A stretch of 64,000 nucleotides of DNA. Origin: a virus. The first letter of the stretch is position 1; every line of letters starts with the position of its first letter. The notes below the pieces were generated by a model. That model made no database searches, was not told the DNA's origin, and was given only the letters and a program-made list of their open reading frames with translations. The stretch lies in IMG/VR virus record IMGVR_UViG_3300020045_010841, positions 1 through 64,000 of that record, one strand, 5' to 3'. Of this stretch, positions 20,907 to 28,831 are shown piece after piece. The translations under genes were made by a program, and so were the position numbers.

Positions 20907-21227
20907 TTATTTTATAATATCATATTCTCTTAACCATTCTGTAAAAGAATCAAGATTTCCCTCCCAACTATCTTCCCATTCCGTGTCTAACCACAATTTT
21001 ATATCATCTTTAGTAAAGGGATTTTTTAATCCTTTTGTCATCTGTATAGCATCTGCTGTATCTTCTCCAAATTCATCCCTCAAGTCATCATAATCAATTT
21101 TTCCTTTAGATAATTTTTTATGATAAGGTATTACCCATTCTTGAAATTTATATAATTCATTTGGATTATTTATCTTTACTTCGGCAATTATTCCAGCTAA
21201 TTGTTGTAATCTTTTTATTTCGTTCAT
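20907..21227 (-). CDS. Small protein: RLQQLAGI leader plus a KINNP module
   Basis: Starts MNEIKRLQQLAGIIAEVKINNP; lies between terminase and portal. Confidence 0.8.
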   Translation of the reverse strand: MNEIKRLQQLAGIIAEVKINNPNELYKFQEWVIPYHKKLSKGKIDYDDLRDEFGEDTADAIQMTKGLKNPFTKDDIKLWLDTEWEDSWEGNLDSFTEWLREYDIIK

Positions 21228-21240
21228 ATTCTAATAATTA

Positions 21241-22851
21241 TTAACCTAATAACCAATCAAGTGATTCGATTCCGCCCCTTCCATCATCCATTTTGTATGG
21301 ATTCTCCATATATGGATTTCCATACACGGCAGGAGAGGCATAATTTATATTTTGCATACTATTTAATACAGCTCGGGACAGTTCTTCACTTTGTTTTTGA
21401 TACATTAATGTTGTTTCTCTCAAAAATAAAAATATACCAATAGGCATTACTAAGTCATCATTGTGTCCTTGTTGTGCTTGTGGTCTACCATTTTTATATA
21501 TGAACGTTCTTATTTCTTCCATTGATCGTTTAGATAATATCTCAACCGAATACTCGTTCATATACGAAATTAATTTTAAGACAACAAGTGGTCTCGTCTT
21601 TAAGGTCATAGAAAATCCAGCAACCATACCTTGTCCACTATTGTACTTAGATAAATATTGAGATGAATCTCCCATGTTATCCATTTTCGGGGAATAGTAT
21701 ATATTTTTATATTCTTTATCTATTAATCTACCTAATACATCCCATCCTATAGAAGCATTTTCGACAACACACAAAGCATTGTTCCATTCAACACAAGCAG
21801 CATGTATTATGTTAGCAAAATCTTTTGTTGATACTTGAGATTGGAATTCAGCTACTTGTCTGCATGCTTCAATATCAAAAACATGGAAAGTAGAATAATC
21901 CGCCCCATCTCCACGAGCAACATCCGCAATTAAAGCATATGAACGAGAATAATCAGGCATTTCCCATAACCAATATTCTCCATTTATTCCTCTTCGTTCT
22001 AATGGTTCTCTTGCTATGTTTTTTACATAATAATTTAATACATCTGTTTCAATAACAGACTCACCTGAAGTAATAAAATCTGCATCACATTCTTGCGCGG
22101 CAGCTTTAACTCCCAATTCTCTATCTTGTTTATTTCTCCATTCTTGATCTCGTTCTGGATGAACGGTCCAAGGTAATAATAGTGGGATAAAGTTGTTTTT
22201 CTTTTCTTGGGCTCTAGTAAATTCTCTATAAAACCAATTCCCGGTTCCATTTGGTGATGATAGGGCGACACAATGGCCCCCAGTAGCCAGAGTTTGTTGG
22301 GCACCAGTAAATATATCATCAATTCGTTCGATAAATGCGGCCTCATCTATTACAAGCAAAGTAACGGCTTCTGAACGCGCCGCATTATCTGTTGCTGCTT
22401 TAGCTTGTACTTGAGAACCATTTACTAATTTAAGAAGTAATTTATTATTTTCGGTATGTTTTAATCTCATCCAAGATGGGAGTTGATCATATGAAAATCG
22501 TACTTTAGTAATTAAGTTTTTTGCAGTATCTTGTGTAGTAGCAATTACAAGTATGTTTTTATCCTTATGGAAAATCATTAACCATAGTGAGAAAGCAGAA
22601 ACTAGGGTTGATATACCTAGTTGTCGTGACTTATTTATAATTAAATAATCTCCTTTTTGAAATTGTTTTAATACTGCTTCTTGGAATGGATATAAATTAA
22701 ATAACATTCGACCCTTAGTCGGGTGTTGAATGTAATAGTACTTTCTGCAGAAGTAAATAGGGTCTTGAGCACATTTAATGTATTCAGACTTGACGATATC
22801 TTTAAAAGATGGTGATATTGTACCCGGAGTTAATGGGGTTTGTTCTACCAT
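21241..22851 (-). CDS. gp17: Terminase large subunit, T4 gp17-like
   Basis: KSRQLGIST Walker A, LLVIDEAAF Walker B, SSPNG, ADVARGDGADYS and HNDDLVM nuclease motifs. Confidence 0.97.
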   Translation of the reverse strand: MVEQTPLTPGTISPSFKDIVKSEYIKCAQDPIYFCRKYYYIQHPTKGRMLFNLYPFQEAVLKQFQKGDYLIINKSRQLGISTLVSAFSLWLMIFHKDKNILVIATTQDTAKNLITKVRFSYDQLPSWMRLKHTENNKLLLKLVNGSQVQAKAATDNAARSEAVTLLVIDEAAFIERIDDIFTGAQQTLATGGHCVALSSPNGTGNWFYREFTRAQEKKNNFIPLLLPWTVHPERDQEWRNKQDRELGVKAAAQECDADFITSGESVIETDVLNYYVKNIAREPLERRGINGEYWLWEMPDYSRSYALIADVARGDGADYSTFHVFDIEACRQVAEFQSQVSTKDFANIIHAACVEWNNALCVVENASIGWDVLGRLIDKEYKNIYYSPKMDNMGDSSQYLSKYNSGQGMVAGFSMTLKTRPLVVLKLISYMNEYSVEILSKRSMEEIRTFIYKNGRPQAQQGHNDDLVMPIGIFLFLRETTLMYQKQSEELSRAVLNSMQNINYASPAVYGNPYMENPYKMDDGRGGIESLDWLLG

Positions 22852-23498
22852 TATAATTTTATTATATACCCAATTTTAATTCGTTTTTCGGAATCGATTC
22901 CTAATTGAAGTATGTTTTGTTTTTTATTTTGTAAATATAAATCACCTTCTACAATAGTTCGTGTATTTAATAGATCAACCGGTACTCCAACACTAATTCC
23001 AGCTAATATATGTATTTTAGGTGGATTTGTTTTTATTATTGTAGTTTTGGTTGTTTTTATTGTAGTTGGTTTAACGAAATAATCAATATCTTGATTTAAT
23101 AGTGTCCCTCTTACTTTAGAATTAACAGTTACTTTTTGAATTGAATCTTCAAAATTTTGTTTATAATCGTTTATTGTAATAGCTTCTGTATATAATTTAG
23201 CTTTTGCAACACTGTCTTTTAATTTATTATAACGAGCCATATATTCTTTATCTATCACTAATTCTTTTTGGGGAATAGGTTTGGGTGTTTTTTTATTATC
23301 AATATGACCTGCTTTGCCCGGTACCTTTACATACACCGTTTTAGTAATTATTTTATCAGGAATTGGTTTGTCATTACACCCTCTAGATAAAAATATAACT
23401 ACCACTAATAAAATTAATGATACATAATATATGGTTTTGTCTTTAGAAAACCAAGTCCCTCCAGGGAGAGACTTGATATAATTTATATAATTTTTCAT
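22851..23498 (-). CDS. Membrane-anchored protein, possible spanin-like lysis protein
   Basis: N-terminal hydrophobic stretch YVSLILLVVVIFLSRGC, TKTVYVK and DS motifs, C-terminal amphipathic beta strands. Confidence 0.45.
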   Translation of the reverse strand: MKNYINYIKSLPGGTWFSKDKTIYYVSLILLVVVIFLSRGCNDKPIPDKIITKTVYVKVPGKAGHIDNKKTPKPIPQKELVIDKEYMARYNKLKDSVAKAKLYTEAITINDYKQNFEDSIQKVTVNSKVRGTLLNQDIDYFVKPTTIKTTKTTIIKTNPPKIHILAGISVGVPVDLLNTRTIVEGDLYLQNKKQNILQLGIDSEKRIKIGYIIKL

Positions 23499-23499
23499 T

Positions 23500-24366
23500 T
23501 TATCCTATAATTGATGATACTAAATCTCTAATAGTAGGCATAGTTAATGCTTTTATTACTTCCGGTTTTTGAATGAATTTTTTCAAAGCCTGCATATCAA
23601 TGGATTTAGCCCTTTCTTGACCAGGCAATGCTTCAATTTTATTTACTTTGGTTACTATGATATTTTTATAATTATTTGCGGCTCCTACTCCAGATGCGTC
23701 TGTAGGTGTATCAACTTTTATTGAATTATCAATATCATTTTTGCCGGGTTCAATTTCTTCATCGTCATCTTCTGATGGAGTATTCCAAGTATCTTCTAAC
23801 TCATTATCTGTTGTAGGAACTTCGGCGAATGGTTGTCCTGGTGTTTGGGTTAATGATTTTGGTGATTCTGTACTTGATCCTTTTGTATTAGATATAAATC
23901 CGTTTAATTGATTGTCATGTAATTTTTCATTACCTAACGCTGTTATTACTTCAGGATTACTTTTAATTAATTTTTTTAGAGCCAATCCACTTACTTGAGG
24001 GTTATCGGATATAACTTTTTCTATTGCAGACTTTAATTCACCCGCAATTTTAGCCATTTCGTTAATAGGTGCATCTCCTTCTTTAGGACGAGCTTTACGG
24101 CCTCTTGGTTGTAATTCTCTTTGACCTTTATATAACGCAATAAACTTATTTAATTGATTATCATATAAATCATCTCCAGCCAATAAATCAATAACATCTT
24201 CATCCGCTCTAATTACTTTTTTTAAAGCTAATCCATCTAATTCAGGATTTTCTTCCATTATAGCTTCAATGGTAGCTTTTAGACCGCCAGTTATTTTAGC
24301 CATTTCATCTAATTCTTCGACATTTTCTTTTAAAAGGAAATTACGGGATGATTTTATATCAAACAT
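23500..24366 (-). CDS. Hypothetical (probable internal head) protein with a duplicated ~57 aa domain
   Basis: E|MAKITGGLK...DNQLNKFI and E|MAKIAGELK...DNQLNGFI. Confidence 0.7.
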   Translation of the reverse strand: MFDIKSSRNFLLKENVEELDEMAKITGGLKATIEAIMEENPELDGLALKKVIRADEDVIDLLAGDDLYDNQLNKFIALYKGQRELQPRGRKARPKEGDAPINEMAKIAGELKSAIEKVISDNPQVSGLALKKLIKSNPEVITALGNEKLHDNQLNGFISNTKGSSTESPKSLTQTPGQPFAEVPTTDNELEDTWNTPSEDDDEEIEPGKNDIDNSIKVDTPTDASGVGAANNYKNIIVTKVNKIEALPGQERAKSIDMQALKKFIQKPEVIKALTMPTIRDLVSSIIG

Positions 24367-24395
24367 ATATTTTTATTTATTAAGTTTTATTTATA

Positions 24396-24403
24396 TATAA
24401 ATA
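24396..24403 (-). promoter_or_regulatory. Putative late promoter TATTTATA
   Basis: Recurrent octamer at the point where structural-type genes resume after a metabolic island. Confidence 0.55.
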
Positions 24404-24414
24404 TTGGAGGGAAA

Positions 24415-24945
24415 TTACTTATTAATAATATTTAATACTTGAGAAATGCGTTCAGGTGTTGTACCAGATATTTCGTGGAAATTTTTTATATTGTGTTTAT
24501 ATCTTTCAATGAAATTTCGTATAGTAAAATCGATTAAATCCCTATATTCAGAATTAGTTTCTCTTACTCCATTTTCTTCAATATCTACTCCAACAGTAGG
24601 TATATAAAAAACATAATCATATTCGTTGATAAAAGTTTTAGCATAGTGTTCGAATAAATCCTTATCAGATTGAGATATTGATTTAGCACTTTGAGTAAAT
24701 GCCATAACATCTAATACTGTTCTATCTGTTAATATGTCACCACTCATTAATTCACTCAACCGTTCAGCCAAAAATATGGTTTGTCCCTTCAGTGTGGAAT
24801 CAGTATTTAATGGAATACCTAAATCACGCAGATATTTACTTCGTTCAGTAGCTATTTTATAATTTAGGAATTGAGGTAATTTAGCTAATTCATTTACTAA
24901 AGTTGTTTTACCTACTGAAACTGAACCTACTAATCCTATCTTCAT
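24415..24945 (-). CDS. P-loop kinase, AAA_28 / NadR-type
   Basis: GSVSVGKTT Walker A, TDRTVLD, YDYVFY, ENGVRE motifs. Confidence 0.8.
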   Translation of the reverse strand: MKIGLVGSVSVGKTTLVNELAKLPQFLNYKIATERSKYLRDLGIPLNTDSTLKGQTIFLAERLSELMSGDILTDRTVLDVMAFTQSAKSISQSDKDLFEHYAKTFINEYDYVFYIPTVGVDIEENGVRETNSEYRDLIDFTIRNFIERYKHNIKNFHEISGTTPERISQVLNIINK

Positions 24946-25187
24946 TATAGTACGTTTTTATAAGTTGGATTCTTTGACGGGGGAAGACCTATACTATCAT
25001 GTTTCACCTCTTGCCACGCATCTTTAGTATATTGAATACCATATAAATAATATTCATTTTTCATTTTCATATCTTTAGGGTATACGATTGCAGGTCCTTC
25101 TGAATTGTGTAATTTTCCATCAAATATAGTTCTAATGATACCATCAGGTGATTTAATTGTTCTTGTTTTGTAATCTTCTTTACTCAT
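24945..25187 (-). CDS. Small hypothetical protein with a GKLHxxxGPA motif
   Basis: DGKLHNSEGPAIVY...EYYLYG. Confidence 0.7.
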   Translation of the reverse strand: MSKEDYKTRTIKSPDGIIRTIFDGKLHNSEGPAIVYPKDMKMKNEYYLYGIQYTKDAWQEVKHDSIGLPPSKNPTYKNVL

Positions 25188-25202
25188 AATCTTGTTTTAG
25201 TT

Positions 25203-26516
25203 TTATTTTAATTTTAATATTGATGAAGCACAAAGTAAACCTTGGCTCGCACTTACAGCTATTCCTCTTGCACTTAAACTATCACCAATAAAGTGGATGT
25301 TTGGATAATCAACTAGTGATAAATCTTCATAATTAACTAATACCTCTTCAGATAAAAATTTAACTTCAGGAATATAAATACCATAATCATCACCGAATTC
25401 AAATACTTTATTTAAATCTGATATAAAATTGATTATATGGTCAGCATATTCTTCGTATACCTTTTGGAAGTGATCTAAATTATCTAAATCATATACATTT
25501 AATTCTTCTCCTTCTGCAGATTTAGATGGTTGTCTTTTTTTATTTGGAGAGTAATATAGACCCTTTTTTCCAACTTGACATTGTTTTACAACATCTTTTT
25601 GAAAGTCAAAAGGATTTTCTATACCTTTAATTTCCATAATAATACCAAAGTTGGTCATATTATTGATTAGGTCTTCTTGTTTAAAACTATGCCCATTATA
25701 TGATTTCATGCCATAAGTTTCCTCTTCCGCTACATAAGCAGCATTATTATTAGTACAGAATGTACGAAGAGATACTTGTTCGTTTGGTCTTTGTGTTAAT
25801 TTAAAATCATAAGAAACATCAACCAACTTTTGGAAATATTTTTGTGGTGCTTCAAATCTAACCCCTAATTGCACACTTTTAGGTTCTTTTTTTAAATTAT
25901 ATTTGGTAATTAATTTTTGAGTTAAATCAATACCTGATTTCCCTGTTCCAAATATAAGAGTATCATATGATATTCCTTTACCTACAGCCGTTTTTGGATC
26001 ACTATATAAAACTAATTGAACATCAAAATTAATGTCATGTACTTCTCTTTCCCAAATAAATCTAATTCCTTTCTCAACTAAATAATCATACCATTTTTTA
26101 CCTAATTCGTGTAGATAATTTGTCCCAATATGCCAAGTTGGAGTCATTTTAAGGTTGAAGTATGGTTTAATATATTCAGGTTCTTGTAATGGGTTTGAAA
26201 ACATTATTTTAGAGGGGTCACTATGGAATCTTTTTATAATATCAAGACCTTCTAAAACTAATTCATCTGCTCTTTCTTCACCACAATACTTATCTAAATG
26301 ACCTCCTACAGAATTATGAGCGTAAACATATTTTCCATCTGAAAAGAGCCCAGCACCTGCAAATCCTTTCATTACCTCACTCGATGGACGATTGTATGGG
26401 TCTTGACCTGCATCTATAATAGTAATTAATTCACCAGGATAACCATTATCAACTAATTTTGTTGCAGCATTAATTCCAGCTACACCTCCACCTACTATAA
26501 CTATTTTTTTATTCAT
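25203..26516 (-). CDS. FAD-dependent oxidoreductase
   Basis: IVIVGGGVAG Rossmann motif; GFAGAGLFSDGK, LGVRFEAP, RTFC, NGHS, FIGD motifs. Confidence 0.9.
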   Translation of the reverse strand: MNKKIVIVGGGVAGINAATKLVDNGYPGELITIIDAGQDPYNRPSSEVMKGFAGAGLFSDGKYVYAHNSVGGHLDKYCGEERADELVLEGLDIIKRFHSDPSKIMFSNPLQEPEYIKPYFNLKMTPTWHIGTNYLHELGKKWYDYLVEKGIRFIWEREVHDINFDVQLVLYSDPKTAVGKGISYDTLIFGTGKSGIDLTQKLITKYNLKKEPKSVQLGVRFEAPQKYFQKLVDVSYDFKLTQRPNEQVSLRTFCTNNNAAYVAEEETYGMKSYNGHSFKQEDLINNMTNFGIIMEIKGIENPFDFQKDVVKQCQVGKKGLYYSPNKKRQPSKSAEGEELNVYDLDNLDHFQKVYEEYADHIINFISDLNKVFEFGDDYGIYIPEVKFLSEEVLVNYEDLSLVDYPNIHFIGDSLSARGIAVSASQGLLCASSILKLK

Positions 26517-26535
26517 ATTTATTTAAATTATTAAT

Positions 26536-26590
26536 CGAATATACGAAATTCCATTCTAGAATCAAAATGAGTCTCAAATTGAGACTCAAA
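26536..26590 (-). promoter_or_regulatory. Terminator hairpin plus TTTG...CGTATATTCG promoter-like element
   Basis: TGAGTCTC-AATTT-GAGACTCA hairpin (26568-26588) followed by TTTTGATTCTAGAATGGAATTTCGTATATTCG; resembles the Bacteroidota -33 TTTG / -7 TAnnTTTG layout. Confidence 0.6.
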
Positions 26591-26593
26591 TTA

Positions 26594-28831
26594 TTATCTT
26601 ATTCCTGCTCTATTTTGCAGTCGTTCACGCATGAATTGTTCTTTGAATGTTTCTTTTACTTCATTAATTAATTTCACATCTTCCTTTCGAACGACCAAAT
26701 GTCTACTTCTTAAACCCATTTCTACTTTAGCATGATTTCCAAAATACTTAACAATTTCTTCAAAATTTTTTCCATCATCATAGAAACTAAAATCGTATGT
26801 TATATTATCATCTCCGAAATAGGCATTAATTTTATCTCCATTCTTTAATATAATATAAGGCAATATTTCATCATTATATACTATTGGTTTTGTAGGATTA
26901 TTTACTTTTACTTCTTTTATTTCTTTTTTCGGCGGTGCTAACTCACTTATATCAAATATTCTTCTTGGATCATTATCTATATTTGGATAACCTAATTGTA
27001 ATGGTTGATCACCAACATTATATTTATCTCCTGCTATATCTTTTTTAACTACTTTATTATTTTCATCTACAAGTACCCATTTATCATAACTATATTCATC
27101 ATTTGTTAATGGTAGAAGAATTAATTTACGTCCATTATCGTTTATAATATAAGGCAATGCATATAATAAGGTGCTATATTTTTCGTTCCCATCTACTTGT
27201 TCAGCCAAATGAATAATCACTTTTCTATCTTCAGGAGATAAAGTATTCCATTGTTTAGCTGTCATTGGTTTTGGAGTAACATCTTGAACTGGCATATCAG
27301 CCATATTTTCTAATTGTTCATCATCTAAACCAAAGTTTTTACCAAATTCCCAACTATCAAATAATTTACTATAAACAGAAAATAATGCTTTTAATTTAGG
27401 ATCTTTAATATATTTTGCTGCGTCTGCGGGCAAATAATCGAAATTTTTTATTTGATCTTGTACGTATTTTTCTGTAGCTTGTGGACCAAAATACTTATCA
27501 ATATATTCATAATTTAAATTATCATCAAAAGTAGCTAAATATTTTTGTTTAGCTTCTTCATCTAAATATTTTACATAAGGAAGTGGTATAGGTTCTTTTT
27601 CATAATTAGTATGTCTGAAACGGAATACCGCATATCTTTTAGCCAATCCTTCATTGTCTTTTAAATCTGCGTACGGGAATTTTTGACCATAATTTATGGC
27701 TAAGTTTTTTAATTCTTTGTCTAATATTTTTAATATTTCAGGTGATAAAGAACCTGCATTAGCTTGAACGTAATTTTGTTTATCTTCATAATCTAATTCA
27801 CGGAAATCATTTGCAGATAATCTTTTACCACGCATAGCAGCACCAGATATTTCTGCTTTAGAAGGAGCAACAAATTTAAATACGTCTTTTAATCCACCTA
27901 TTCTACTCCACACGGATGGAGCTATTTTAGCTAATTCTTCCCACTTTTTAAAATTTTTATCACCACTATTCTTTGCATCTGTAATCCAATATTGATTACC
28001 TCCTTCACCAACATGAATTACGAAGGCGTGGTAAGGATCAGATTCAGGTAAATTGCGATCAAACACGAAATAGAACATACGGTTAGTACCTTCCATAAAA
28101 CGATATCTATCATACATCGTATTAGAAGGTTGTGCAATACACCAACCATATTTTTTACGACCACCTTCTGTTGGGTTATAAGATATACATTTATGTTGTG
28201 CATCACCTTTATATATTTCTATACCATCTTTATCATATACTTTATCTGCATCTGTAGTAGCGGTATTTTGTTCTTCATCGCCAACTTTAGCTTGCATAGG
28301 AAATAAAGCATCCAACATGTGTTCCATTTGACCAAAATCCCAAGTGCGTGGGTCAAGATATGCGTCGTTCGGAATCAATCTTTTGGGTACTAATTTTTGT
28401 ACTTCTTGAGCACTATAATGTCCGTCTTCTGTACCATTAGATAAAGCATATTTAATATTACGTCTATTATTCATAAAACGAATAACGTAAGATGTTACAT
28501 CCCCTTTATCCATACGTTCTTTTTCAACGAACATTTGGATGGCATCTTTTTTTATCTTATCTTCCTTTTCAGGCAAGGAACGAAGTAAAGTAACCATGTC
28601 ATTCCAAGAATATTTATCTATATTAAGATAATTATTACCTTGTTTTAATTCATCAGATAATGCTATTTGTTGTAGTTTAGAGGATAAACCTGATTTAATT
28701 TGGTCAAAACGTTGTATTACTTGTCTTGCAAGATTGTCGTCGATAGAGGGAGTTAATTTCTTCCATCTATCAATTGTAGTTTGAATAGTCTTGTCACTAT
28801 ATTCTAAAATTAGTATGTCTGTTAATTTCAT
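26594..28831 (-). CDS. Large putative internal head protein with a PcfJ-like WC domain, a KVNNP module and a C-terminal RLQNRAGI
   Basis: KYGWCIA..NTMYDRY..FYFVFD segment; IKEVKVNNP at ~26895-26914. Confidence 0.65.
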   Translation of the reverse strand: MKLTDILILEYSDKTIQTTIDRWKKLTPSIDDNLARQVIQRFDQIKSGLSSKLQQIALSDELKQGNNYLNIDKYSWNDMVTLLRSLPEKEDKIKKDAIQMFVEKERMDKGDVTSYVIRFMNNRRNIKYALSNGTEDGHYSAQEVQKLVPKRLIPNDAYLDPRTWDFGQMEHMLDALFPMQAKVGDEEQNTATTDADKVYDKDGIEIYKGDAQHKCISYNPTEGGRKKYGWCIAQPSNTMYDRYRFMEGTNRMFYFVFDRNLPESDPYHAFVIHVGEGGNQYWITDAKNSGDKNFKKWEELAKIAPSVWSRIGGLKDVFKFVAPSKAEISGAAMRGKRLSANDFRELDYEDKQNYVQANAGSLSPEILKILDKELKNLAINYGQKFPYADLKDNEGLAKRYAVFRFRHTNYEKEPIPLPYVKYLDEEAKQKYLATFDDNLNYEYIDKYFGPQATEKYVQDQIKNFDYLPADAAKYIKDPKLKALFSVYSKLFDSWEFGKNFGLDDEQLENMADMPVQDVTPKPMTAKQWNTLSPEDRKVIIHLAEQVDGNEKYSTLLYALPYIINDNGRKLILLPLTNDEYSYDKWVLVDENNKVVKKDIAGDKYNVGDQPLQLGYPNIDNDPRRIFDISELAPPKKEIKEVKVNNPTKPIVYNDEILPYIILKNGDKINAYFGDDNITYDFSFYDDGKNFEEIVKYFGNHAKVEMGLRSRHLVVRKEDVKLINEVKETFKEQFMRERLQNRAGIR

